From Patescibacteria group bacterium (GTDB lineage: Bacteria > Patescibacteriota > Patescibacteriia > SBBC01 > CAIJZX01), in contig JBBTRH010000012.1 in NCBI GenBank assembly GCA_038065275.1, positions 14,374-78,373 of the forward strand: a stretch of DNA of 64,000 bases. Direction: 5' to 3'. Numbering within the stretch: position 1 is the first letter of the stretch; each line of letters opens with the position of its first letter. The position numbers were made by a program, and so were the translations under genes. The notes under the pieces are model-generated. The model saw only the letters and a program-made list of their open reading frames with translations. It was not told the DNA's origin and did no database searches. This document shows, in pieces, positions 35,418-47,669 of the stretch.

Positions 35418-35600
35418 ACCACCCGCGGGCTTTTCTATACCGCGGGTTCAGCCCTCCTGCCCAGCCGGCCCTGAGTTTATCGAAGGGAGGAGGGCGCGGG
35501 GTGGTGGGAGAAACCCGCGGTGTAGCAACAGAGATTGTGAACCGGCTATTTTCGTTCTTCGAGAACTTAAACACCGCGGGTTTCGAAACCCGCGGTGTTT
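35418..35600. terminator. cluster of CCGCGG-containing hairpins, including a perfect 32-nt palindrome aaacaccgcgggtttcgaaacccgcggtgttt (35569-35600) 27 nt downstream of htrA
   Basis: perfect palindrome; two further hairpins (acccgcgg..ccgcgggt at 35420-35446; aaacccgcggtgt repeat at ~35512). Confidence 0.5.
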
Positions 35601-35627
35601 AATATGGTGGTTTGACAGATGGTAGGT

Positions 35628-36824
35628 CTATTTTCTTTCCTCCAGTACGACTTTAACCTCTTTCGTCTCGCCCTTGTGATAAATTGTGAGCGTGACCGTA
35701 TCGCCGGGATTGAACTTGCTCAGCAGGCCAGACAACGATCGATCGGTGTTGATGTCGGCTCCGTTGACCGACAAGATGATATCATTTTCCACAATTCCCG
35801 CTTTATCGGCCGGCGAACCAGGCACCACGGCGACGCTGTTGTCATTCGCCGGTTTGATCAGGGCGCCGTTCTCGACCGGGAGTTTGTCCCGCTCGGCCAT
35901 GGTTTTGGTGATTAAGACGTAGCGGACGCCGAGATAGGCGCGGGTGATTTTACCGTCCTTGGCCACGCTGTCGAGGTCGCGCTTGACGACGTTGGCCGGG
36001 ATGGCGAACCCGATCAGTTGTCCTTGCGAATTAACCGCCGTGTTAATGGCGATGACGCGACCGGTCAGATCGAGGAGCGGGCCGCCGGAGTTTCCGGGGT
36101 TGATGGCGGCGTCCGTCTGAAAGACGTCTTCCAACGTTTCCGATTGTCCGGAATTGTCGCCAGCCGTAATGGTCCGCGCTTTACCGGAGATGATGCCTTT
36201 GGTCACCGTATTCCGGTACTGGCCGAGGGCGTTGCCGATGGCGATGACCGTCTGGCCGCTTTGAACATCATCCGAATTCGATAAGCTCAGCGTCGGCAAA
36301 TCTTTCGCGTCGATTTTTACCACCGCCACGTCGTTGGTCGGATCCTTAGCCACCACCTTGGCATCGTACTTCTTCCCGTCGTTCATGACCACCGTGTAAT
36401 CGGCTTGGTCATCGTCAACCACGTGCTTGTTCGTGACGATCAGCCCGCCGGCGCCGACGACGAAACCGCTCCCGCCGCCGATTTCCTGTTTACCCTGCGG
36501 GACTTGCTGCTGTCCGAACGGCCAACCAAAAAAGTTGTCGAACGGCGAGGTCGGCTGGTTGCTGAAAATCTTCGAATAGTCTTTGGTGATGACGATGCTG
36601 ACGACCGACGGGCTGGCTTTCTTCACCACCTCGACGGTGGCCGAATCTTCTTGGACGGAGAGCGATTGCTTGGCCGTCGGTGAACTGGTCGCCGATCCGC
36701 TGGTGGTGTTGAGCATCCCGGCGCTGACCAGGCCGCCGGCCAGACCGCCGATAGTCAGACTGATCAGGATCGTCAGCCACGGAGTTGGCGTTGACGGGGG
36801 TGGAGAGAAGGTTGGTTTGTCCAT
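35628..36824 (-). CDS. htrA: HtrA/DegP-family serine protease with N-terminal TM anchor and C-terminal PDZ domain
   Basis: catalytic-triad contexts TNKHVV, D..VVKID, GNSGGPLLD; PDZ-like C-terminus. Confidence 0.85.
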   Translation of the reverse strand: MDKPTFSPPPSTPTPWLTILISLTIGGLAGGLVSAGMLNTTSGSATSSPTAKQSLSVQEDSATVEVVKKASPSVVSIVITKDYSKIFSNQPTSPFDNFFGWPFGQQQVPQGKQEIGGGSGFVVGAGGLIVTNKHVVDDDQADYTVVMNDGKKYDAKVVAKDPTNDVAVVKIDAKDLPTLSLSNSDDVQSGQTVIAIGNALGQYRNTVTKGIISGKARTITAGDNSGQSETLEDVFQTDAAINPGNSGGPLLDLTGRVIAINTAVNSQGQLIGFAIPANVVKRDLDSVAKDGKITRAYLGVRYVLITKTMAERDKLPVENGALIKPANDNSVAVVPGSPADKAGIVENDIILSVNGADINTDRSLSGLLSKFNPGDTVTLTIYHKGETKEVKVVLEERK

Positions 36825-36896
36825 AGGTTGAATAGGTTGAGTCGATGGATAATATCTACTACAGTATGTAGTAGAATGATGATTCCGTCAAGCCCC

Positions 36897-37466
36897 TCAG
36901 AGAATGGAGAACTGCGGCGACGTGGCCCGCTCAATGCCGGTGGCCGGCCAACTGCCGGCGGTGACGTTCTTCCCTTTCAGGTAGGGCACGGCGATGCGAT
37001 AGGTGCCGGCGGGGGCGCCGATGAGGATATCGCCGATTTGCGGTCCGGGGACTAGGGCCGTCCACTGATCGGTTTTCAAGCTGTGGTTCGGAAAACGGAC
37101 CAAACCAACCGCCGGGCAGCTCTGCTTAGTGATCGCCACCGGTGACCAGCTTTCGCCGTCGGATGCCAGTCGTTCCACTGTCCACCACCGGGCGGCACAG
37201 CCGTCGCCGGGAAGCTGGATCCAGATCGGCGGGCGGCTGTCGTTGCGGACGGCCAAGAGCAGGGTCTCACCGCCGCGGTAAACGCGCTTATCAACCTGGA
37301 CGTTGACGCGAACGCCTGGCGGCGGAGCCAAGACGCGGTTGTCTTGAGCCTGCTGTGCTTCCAGCAACGTATTCGACGAAGCGAGGAAGAGCAGGAAGAA
37401 AATCCCCCAGCCGACGGTCAGGGCGATGACTATGGAGAAGTTGACGCGGCGTGAGACGTTGAACAC
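36897..37466 (-). CDS. secreted/anchored hypothetical protein (189 aa)
   Basis: N-terminal TM/signal; no recognisable motif. Confidence 0.4.
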   Translation of the reverse strand: MFNVSRRVNFSIVIALTVGWGIFFLLFLASSNTLLEAQQAQDNRVLAPPPGVRVNVQVDKRVYRGGETLLLAVRNDSRPPIWIQLPGDGCAARWWTVERLASDGESWSPVAITKQSCPAVGLVRFPNHSLKTDQWTALVPGPQIGDILIGAPAGTYRIAVPYLKGKNVTAGSWPATGIERATSPQFSIL

Positions 37467-37470
37467 AGGG

Positions 37471-38397
37471 TTACCCGTTCAAGAGCGTGGCTAAGGTGAC
37501 GATGGCCAACCCTTTGGCCTTCAGGGCGGCTACCAAGTCAGTGATCAATTGAGGCGTGATGTCGTACCCGGCGTGGAGACTAACAATGGCGCCGCCGGAC
37601 TGCTTGTCCAGGGCGGTCAGCACCCGTTCCTGGGCCTGCGCGGCGGTTATACCGTCCTGCCAGTCATAAGCGTCGACTGTCCACAGCACGGCGCAGTACC
37701 CCTGTTGGTTGAGTAGCTTAACCGTTTGGGCGGTGTAGTTGCCGCTAGGGGGGCGAAAAATTGGTTTCGGGCTGATGGCGGTAGCGCTGACGATGGCTGA
37801 TTCGGCTGTACTAATGGCGCTCAGGACGTCAGCGTCACTCATGGCGGCCAGGTTGGCGCTGTTATAGCTTTGGCTGTAAACGGCGTGGCCCGCCTGAGCA
37901 ATGGATTTGACCAGCGCCGAATTCTTGGCGGCGAACGACCCGGAGACGAAGATGTCGGCTGGCAGGCCTGCTTGCTTGAGCGCATCAAGCGCTTGCTGGG
38001 CCTGGTCATTGGCGGCCGACATGGCCACGGTCAGGACTACTTGCTTGGTCGTCCCGAAGCTGGAAATGGCGTTAGGACATTGCTTGACTGAAAAACCTTT
38101 CCAGTTGCCGCTGGTGATGACCATCTCCGGGGATGACAAGTTGGTATTCGTCGAACCGTTGGTATCGGTCGTTGAGGCGTTGGTGTTGGCGTTATCGGTC
38201 AGCAACGAAATAGCGGCGGTATCATTGCCGCCTGTTTTAGTCGTCGACTTTTTGCCTCCGAAAATGAGCCGGCCGATCAGGACCAGCACCACCACGACTA
38301 CCCCAACGACCAGCCACCGACCCCAGCTCCCTAAGGAGGAACTGCTCCGGTGCGGTTGGTAACGATGATAATCAGCCATGGGTCGTTGACGTCGCAA
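37471..38397 (-). CDS. polysaccharide deacetylase (NodB-homology domain), membrane anchored
   Basis: LWTVDAYDWQD and HAGYD.T motifs; N-terminal TM plus Thr/Asn-rich linker. Confidence 0.75.
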   Translation of the reverse strand: MRRQRPMADYHRYQPHRSSSSLGSWGRWLVVGVVVVVLVLIGRLIFGGKKSTTKTGGNDTAAISLLTDNANTNASTTDTNGSTNTNLSSPEMVITSGNWKGFSVKQCPNAISSFGTTKQVVLTVAMSAANDQAQQALDALKQAGLPADIFVSGSFAAKNSALVKSIAQAGHAVYSQSYNSANLAAMSDADVLSAISTAESAIVSATAISPKPIFRPPSGNYTAQTVKLLNQQGYCAVLWTVDAYDWQDGITAAQAQERVLTALDKQSGGAIVSLHAGYDITPQLITDLVAALKAKGLAIVTLATLLNG

Positions 38398-39025
38398 GGG
38401 CCTGACGCCACGTTAAGTATACCACCACCGCCCGGTATAAGCCAAAGAACAGCCCAACGAACCCGAGATCGCCTAGAACTGTATTGCGGAAGAATGGCAG
38501 ACCGGCCGCGTATGCCTGCATCAGTCCGGCGCCAGTGTGTGGATACATCGACTGGAACGCCCAGACCGCTGCATTGGTCACCAGGAAAAATACGATCGAT
38601 CCGGCCAAGCTGAACATTAGTAGGCGCCGCACGGCCAAGCGCTGTCGGAGCTGACGGCCGAATAAATTACTGGACGCAAACGAGGCATACACAGCGACCA
38701 TGACCGGTAAGGTGTAAAATCCGATGATTAGATCGCTGGCCAGCATGGCGGATAGCGGCACGACGAATGTCCACCGCCGCGGCAAGTACGCGCCGCTGAA
38801 GAGTGCCATGGCACTAATCGGGGCCACGTTGGGCGGGAGCGGCAACCAACCGGCGTCGCGGACAACGCGGATAACGGCGCCCAGGACAACTAGGCCGACC
38901 ACCATCACCGTGGTGAATGAAGCTCCGCGGGCTTCCATCCGCGGTATATTTAGGTTCTTCGGCAGAACGGAATCCGCCGAAGTCCCGCCGAGCGGGACGA
39001 AGGCGGATGAAACGCGGCGGGTCAT
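38372..39025 (-). CDS. ECF-transporter S-component-like membrane protein (possible cobalamin-specific CbrT-like)
   Basis: ~6 TM helices; lies downstream of the DUF4430 genes and the structured leader. Confidence 0.4.
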   Translation of the reverse strand: MTRRVSSAFVPLGGTSADSVLPKNLNIPRMEARGASFTTVMVVGLVVLGAVIRVVRDAGWLPLPPNVAPISAMALFSGAYLPRRWTFVVPLSAMLASDLIIGFYTLPVMVAVYASFASSNLFGRQLRQRLAVRRLLMFSLAGSIVFFLVTNAAVWAFQSMYPHTGAGLMQAYAAGLPFFRNTVLGDLGFVGLFFGLYRAVVVYLTWRQALATSTTHG

Positions 39026-39408
39026 GGCGATTGGCGCTCGACCGCGATCTGATCGCCTTGTTCCAGCGATCGGAGGCTGAGATCGGCGACCAGCACGCCG
39101 TTGACCCGGACCTGCCAGCCACCAGTGACGTCGTTAGACAGGTTGAGGAAACGGCGCAGGTAGATCGACGAGCCGCGGCTGGTGTACTCGAATGACGACC
39201 CAGCGGCCGCCTGTCCGAGCGCTTCCGCGATCGTCCCGTACTGCGGACGCGATATCAGCCGCCTCACCTGGTCACCGGACCGAACCGTGACCGGCACGGT
39301 CAGCGACGCGGCTGTCGCCGCGCCGAGGATTCGGTCCGGAGCAGTGGTCATGCTTCGATTCGCGGAGAGGAACGGCGACAGAAAGACCATTGACAAACCG
39401 CTGACCAT
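39022..39408 (-). CDS. DUF4430-like protein (second copy; start uncertain)
   Basis: C-terminus SIYLRRFLNLSNDVTGGWQVRVNGVLVADLSLRSLEQGDQIAVE resembles a DUF4430 beta-grasp; the longer track ORF would overlap 39551..39910. Confidence 0.35.
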   Translation of the reverse strand: MVSGLSMVFLSPFLSANRSMTTAPDRILGAATAASLTVPVTVRSGDQVRRLISRPQYGTIAEALGQAAAGSSFEYTSRGSSIYLRRFLNLSNDVTGGWQVRVNGVLVADLSLRSLEQGDQIAVERQSP

Positions 39409-39550
39409 TACCAGCGTCAATCCGATATCGCGCCATAGCACCCGGCGGGACAAAGACGGATGAAGATGATTCGCCGCCCGCGAGTTCAATCTCAACGGCG
39501 CCAAGCTTTTTCCAGGCTTGGTGACCGTCTTCCTGCCACTGGTGGGCATC

Positions 39551-39910
39551 TTAATAGCTTTCAAGCTTCCACTCAATCTTGTCGCCATTGGTCGTTTGGT
39601 AATCTTTCGCGCCGACTTCAGCTTGTTTACAGTTGACATAGAAAGCCCAGAATTGGCGATCACCCGGTTTCTTGCCATCAATGGCGTTGACGAACCCCTG
39701 GGTGGAGACGTCAACTTGGTGAGTAGACTGGAGCAATTCTAGAGCATTTTTCCCGTCTTGACCAGCGTAAGTTACGCTGTCAGCCGCGGCGACGCAGACG
39801 ACGGTGTTGGCATTCTTTACCGGAACCTTGACGGTCGTTGTTAAACCACAACCGGCACCGACCAAAGCCAGGCTAAGGACGATAATGAGAATTGATGAGA
39901 AACGTTTCAT
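39551..39910 (-). CDS. DUF4430 (BtuG-like) lipoprotein, putative extracellular corrinoid-binding protein
   Basis: lipobox ..LVGAGCG; FWAFYVNCKQAEVGAKDYQTTNGDKIEWK is the DUF4430 hallmark. Confidence 0.65.
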   Translation of the reverse strand: MKRFSSILIIVLSLALVGAGCGLTTTVKVPVKNANTVVCVAAADSVTYAGQDGKNALELLQSTHQVDVSTQGFVNAIDGKKPGDRQFWAFYVNCKQAEVGAKDYQTTNGDKIEWKLESY

Positions 39911-40299
39911 ACTGTTGGTGGGCTTGCCTGGTCCCGGAACGAAGTGACTGGTACCGGGCTAATGATAAATACCCCGCCAACGCGAGTCAGCAGACGAAGT
40001 CCCGAGTAAAACGAGGGATCTAACGTATGCCTTTCCACGAAGGTCTTGTCTTCGACTGAGGTTCGACGGCCTCGATCAGGCGTCCGACTTCCTCCCCCTC
40101 TCCTCTTCGAGGAGAGGGGTGCCCGAAGGGCGGGGTGAGGTCACGGTTGCGGGACAGTTCCGGACTGTGCCCCGTACCTGAGTCCCGTTAGGGACGCAAT
40201 GGCTCGGGGATTCACCGGATTGCCTTCTACTTTCGTATTTAGCTGTCTGGGTCGCTAGGGTCTAAATGCATCATGACGGAATGCTACCAGAACCCCCTA
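39911..40299 (-). ncRNA. 390-nt structured leader; candidate cobalamin riboswitch
   Basis: minus strand contains GGUGAAUCC, ..CUGUCCCGCAACCGUGA.. (compare CCCGCnACUGUnA) and AAGUCGGACGCCUGAUC (B12-box-like), plus several GC hairpins; genomic context (DUF4430, ECF-S, btuR, nrdJ) is B12-related. Confidence 0.3.
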
Positions 40300-40791
40300 C
40301 TAAGAGTCAACCGGCTTATGCACCTGCCGATGCGCCGTCGTCAAAAGCCACCGTGACAGCCAGAACACCGCCAGCACGGTCACCAAGCCGTACCCGAGCA
40401 AGGGAAAAACGAGAGCGGCTCCGACATCGCGCCATATAATGTTCAACGAAACTCCATGCACCACGTTCAAAATAATCTGTGAGATCGTGAACCACAGGAT
40501 AGTGAGTATGAAACTCAGGCCAACGGCCAACCACCGCACCCGCGGCGGCCGGCCCCACGACCATTGATTGAGCGCCGTCACCGCCAGCACCGCCGGTCCG
40601 AAGAAGCCGAGCATCGCGAACATCGCCATCAACCACGCCACAAACGGATTGGCCCCGTAGACCGACCACGGCACGAACAGCTGGAGAATATAGACGACCA
40701 TGAAAACCGCGATGCCGACCGCCGCCACGCGCCGAAAACGATGGTGGAGATTGGGTCCGGTCATGTTAGTAGTCAATTCCTTTCGTCGCAA
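40300..40791 (-). CDS. 4-TM membrane protein (hypothetical)
   Basis: hydrophobicity pattern; overlaps the 3' end of btuR by 26 nt. Confidence 0.45.
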   Translation of the reverse strand: MRRKELTTNMTGPNLHHRFRRVAAVGIAVFMVVYILQLFVPWSVYGANPFVAWLMAMFAMLGFFGPAVLAVTALNQWSWGRPPRVRWLAVGLSFILTILWFTISQIILNVVHGVSLNIIWRDVGAALVFPLLGYGLVTVLAVFWLSRWLLTTAHRQVHKPVDS

Positions 40792-41341
40792 TAATCCCTT
40801 TGTCGTAGGGGTGTTTCACTTTTTTCATCTCCGTCACCAAGTCGGCATACTTTAACATCCAGTCGAGTTTTTTATGTCCGGTCCAAATCAGGTGCGTCTG
40901 CCGGGCGGTCTTGTCTTTGACCCGGTCCTTCAGCGCCTGCTCAACCGGCTTTCGCTCCAAAAGTCCCTCCTCCACCGCCGTCCCGAGTTCATCGAGCACC
41001 ACCAGCTGATAGGCGCCGGATAAAAGTTTTTTCCGGCTTAGTTCAAGCGCTTTCTCCGCTGCGACTTTGTGCTGGTCTTCCGATTTTACATCGTTCAGTA
41101 TTTTATAAAACCCTTCGCCCATCACAAAAATTTCAATTCCGAGCTTACGCAAACTCGTGCGCTCGCCGCTCGGCCACTTGGCCTCCTTCATGAACTGGAT
41201 AAAAATTATTTTCCAGCCATACCCCGCGGCGCGGACGACAGTGCCAACCGCGGCGGTGGTTTTGCCTTTACCGTTGCCGATATAGGCGTGCACCAACCCT
41301 CGGTCAGCCGTGCATAATTTTTTTTCGTTGGACAGCGACAT
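40766..41341 (-). CDS. btuR: ATP:cob(I)alamin adenosyltransferase (CobA/BtuR/CobO family)
   Basis: HAYIGNGKGKTTAAVGTVVRAAGYGWKIIFIQFMK...SGE (P-loop GNGKGKTTAA), ..DLVTEM.K.KHPYDKGIIATKGIDY. Confidence 0.8.
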   Translation of the reverse strand: MSLSNEKKLCTADRGLVHAYIGNGKGKTTAAVGTVVRAAGYGWKIIFIQFMKEAKWPSGERTSLRKLGIEIFVMGEGFYKILNDVKSEDQHKVAAEKALELSRKKLLSGAYQLVVLDELGTAVEEGLLERKPVEQALKDRVKDKTARQTHLIWTGHKKLDWMLKYADLVTEMKKVKHPYDKGIIATKGIDY

Positions 41342-41409
41342 ACAACACCGCCACAGCGCGGGTTTTCCGGCGGAGCCGGACAAACGAAACCCGCGCTGTG
41401 GTCTGGAAA

Positions 41410-41733
41410 TTACAGATTAATCTTCTGCGACCAGCCGTAGATCAGCGGGATTTGATACTCTTTCCCCTGCCAGGCATTGATGAATCCGATGACCATGCCG
41501 ATAAAAGCAACGAACCCAATCAACCAGCCGATGACCGGAATAAAGGTGACTAAGCTGATGATCAACAGCACGACCGCTTGTTTCGCATGAAATTGGACGA
41601 ACTTATCGTCGCGCTTGACAAAGAGCATGACAATGGCCAACAACCAGACGTAGCTGACAGCGGCCATCAGATGGCTGTCGCTCTTCGGTTGGATGTTCGA
41701 TGGGGTATTTTTCTGTTCTGGGGGTGTGTCCAT
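41410..41733 (-). CDS. DUF4870-family small membrane protein
   Basis: KRDDKFVQFHAKQAVVLLIISLV..NAWQGKEYQIPLIYGW pattern. Confidence 0.55.
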   Translation of the reverse strand: MDTPPEQKNTPSNIQPKSDSHLMAAVSYVWLLAIVMLFVKRDDKFVQFHAKQAVVLLIISLVTFIPVIGWLIGFVAFIGMVIGFINAWQGKEYQIPLIYGWSQKINL

Positions 41734-41903
41734 AACGTGATGGATAGTAAATAAACGATACAGCGTTAGAGTAAACGACTATTACGCTAACATTGGCAGT
41801 ATAGCACAAGCCAACCCCGACCGCGAGTGGCCAGGGTTGGCGTTTTGTTTTGGTCCTTTTCCCAACTAATTAACTAATTAACCAATCAACTAATCAACCA
41901 ACC

Positions 41904-45416
<3,513 letters not shown>

Positions 45417-45444
45417 GGTCGTGATACTTCAGCTGAGAAAAAGA

Positions 45445-45912
45445 TTATCGTGGCGCGCGTTTGCCTTTGGCCAAGGCATTCAGTTCCCGCTTGAATGAAG
45501 CCGCATCCTGGAATTGGCGATAGACGGAAGCGAAACGGATGTAAGCCACCTGGTCGACCCGTTGCAGGCGTCGCATGGCCAGTTCGCCGATCTGTAACGA
45601 AGTGACTTCCACCCGGCCGCGAACCTGAATATCCCGTTCGACCTGGCCGATTAGGCGTTTGAAGGATTGGGCAGTGATCGGCCGCTTTTCCAGGGCTTTC
45701 CGCAACCCGTTTTCGAGCTTGTCGCGATTGTACGGTTCGCGTCGGCCGTCGCGCTTGATGACCGTTAAGTTGAGGATTTCCACCTCTTCCACCGTCGAAA
45801 AACGGTACCCGCAGCGGTCGCATTCGCGGCGGCGGCGGATGGCCAGCCCTTCGTCAGTCACCCGGGAATCCATGACGCTGGTATCGTGATGATGACAGGA
45901 CGGACACTTCAT
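45445..45912 (-). CDS. nrdR: transcriptional repressor NrdR
   Basis: MKCPSCHHHDTSVMDSRVTDEGLAIRRRRECDRCGYRFSTVE (zinc ribbon plus ATP-cone); TATAAT overlaps the ATG, so it may be leaderless. Confidence 0.9.
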   Translation of the reverse strand: MKCPSCHHHDTSVMDSRVTDEGLAIRRRRECDRCGYRFSTVEEVEILNLTVIKRDGRREPYNRDKLENGLRKALEKRPITAQSFKRLIGQVERDIQVRGRVEVTSLQIGELAMRRLQRVDQVAYIRFASVYRQFQDAASFKRELNALAKGKRAPR

Positions 45913-46158
45913 TATAGACACGGTGGGTTATCATATGACCCTTGGCGACCCGCGCAACTCCCCGGTTTGTGGTAAAACAGGCATTTTGTGGAGCATGGCG
46001 GGTTAGAATATAATCGGCCTCAACCCCGCCCCTCCGGAATATCAGGAGAACGTAGCCTATGCCGGACGGCCCGCGGGCGACACCAATCGGCGATCACAGG
46101 CAAATTATGTGTAAATGTTCTTTTATTTGGTTTTTTGCTTGATCAGCTACTGCCGGAA

Positions 46159-46207
46159 CCACTACATCTTGTGTCTGTAAAGAGCATTGTACCACTACAT
46201 CTAGGGT
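46159..46207 (-). promoter_or_regulatory. tandem NrdR boxes (CCACTACATCTTGTGT and CCACTACATCTAGGGT, 33-bp phasing) with an extended -10 TGgTACAAT between them
   Basis: 13/16 and 12/16 matches to the NrdR-box consensus acaCwAtATaTwGtgt; ~250 nt upstream of nrdR. Confidence 0.5.
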
Positions 46208-46405
46208 CAGTCAAACCCCATGCATTTCCTTATTTTTCGACCCTTTCCCGTGTTTAAGTGTCCGATTCACAATTTTTTTCCGACGCCATCAGGCCGGCGG
46301 CTTGTGGATAATCCCCTTGGCGACAGGTCACTCGCCTCCCCCACAACGAAGAACACCCGCCGGCAGGCGGGCGCACTGGGATCAATCGGGTCGACAAACA
46401 CTGCC

Positions 46406-47584
46406 CTAAAGCATCTTCTTCCGGATGAAAGCCGGAATTTCCAGGTCGTCCTCAGGTGCTGGTTTAGGAGCCGGACGCGATACCGGCGGGGTGAAGGTCG
46501 ACGCCTGAGCGGATGGGGCCGATGACACCGCCGGTTTTGAGCGTTCGACCGGCAAACTCGTATCAAATGACGCGCTACCGGCCGCCATGACCTTTTTCGG
46601 CGCCCGGGCGCCGCCGCCTTTGCCGAAGCCGGTGGCGATGACCGTCACCTTGAGCTCGTCTTTCAGCGCTTCGTCGATCACCGCACCGAAGATGATTTTG
46701 GCGTTCTGATCGGCTGATTGGGTGATGACGCGGGCCGCTTCGTTGACTTCGTACATGCTCATGTTCTGGCCGCCGGTGATGGTAAATAGGATGCCGCGCG
46801 CGCCGTCGATCGGCACTTCCAGCAACGGCGAGTCGATGGCCGCCTTGGCGGCGTCGACCGCGCGGGTTTCACCGGTGGCGCGGCCAATGCCCATCAGCGC
46901 CGTCCCCTGGTCTTTCATGATTGCCTTGACATCGGCGAAGTCGACGTTAATCAGGCCGGGAACGGTGATCAGTTCGGCGATACCCTGGATCCCCTGGCGC
47001 AACACGTCATCCACCACCTGGAACGATTCCAACAACGAGGTCTTCTTGTCGATGATCTGCAACAGACGGTCGTTGGGAATAGAGATGATGGTGTCGACTT
47101 GGCCGGCTAGCTCGTTATAGCCGTGGTCGGCGATCGCCCGACGTTGGACGCCCTCGAAGGAGAAGGGTTTGGTCACCACCGCCACCGTCAGCGCGCCGAG
47201 GTCTTTAGCGATCTCCGCAATCAACGGCGCCGCGCCGGTGCCGGTGCCGCCGCCCAGACCGCAGGTGATGAAGACCATGTCCGAATCTTTCAGCAGTTCG
47301 CGGATTTCGTCCTGGTCCTCTTCCGCCGCTTTCCGGCCGATGTCCGGATCCATGCCCGCCCCCAGACCGCGGGTGGTGGTCTTGCCGATATGAAGCTTGA
47401 CCGGCGCCACATTGTGGTGCAGGGCTTGAGCGTCGGTGTTGACCGCCACAAACTCAATCCCCCGGATTTTCTGTTGCATCATCCGGTTGATGGCCGAACC
47501 GCCGGATCCGCCGATGCCAAGAACTTTGATCTTGGCGAACGTTTCGATGTCGGGTTTCACTTCCATGGGCGATCGGGGAGGCAT
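46406..47584 (-). CDS. ftsZ: cell division GTPase FtsZ
   Basis: GGGTGTGAAPLIAEIAKDLGALTVAVVTKPFSFEG tubulin signature. Confidence 0.95.
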   Translation of the reverse strand: MPPRSPMEVKPDIETFAKIKVLGIGGSGGSAINRMMQQKIRGIEFVAVNTDAQALHHNVAPVKLHIGKTTTRGLGAGMDPDIGRKAAEEDQDEIRELLKDSDMVFITCGLGGGTGTGAAPLIAEIAKDLGALTVAVVTKPFSFEGVQRRAIADHGYNELAGQVDTIISIPNDRLLQIIDKKTSLLESFQVVDDVLRQGIQGIAELITVPGLINVDFADVKAIMKDQGTALMGIGRATGETRAVDAAKAAIDSPLLEVPIDGARGILFTITGGQNMSMYEVNEAARVITQSADQNAKIIFGAVIDEALKDELKVTVIATGFGKGGGARAPKKVMAAGSASFDTSLPVERSKPAVSSAPSAQASTFTPPVSRPAPKPAPEDDLEIPAFIRKKML

Positions 47585-47669
47585 GGCGTTAGTCTATCAA
47601 AGTTATGGCTAAAGGGGCAATGGCGGCCGGAACCGAGGGTGAACACCTCAAGTGTTCAGTCGGGATACG

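Noticed and set aside
39022-39714. 230-aa form of the second DUF4430-like ORF
   Set aside because: Its N-terminal 100 aa would overlap the well-supported DUF4430 lipoprotein gene 39551..39910 in another frame. A shorter form from ~39408 was kept at low confidence.
45988-46257. 89-aa plus-strand ORF across the NrdR-box region
   Set aside because: It lies in the regulatory intergenic region on the opposite strand to all neighbours and has no Shine-Dalgarno site, so it is presumably spurious.
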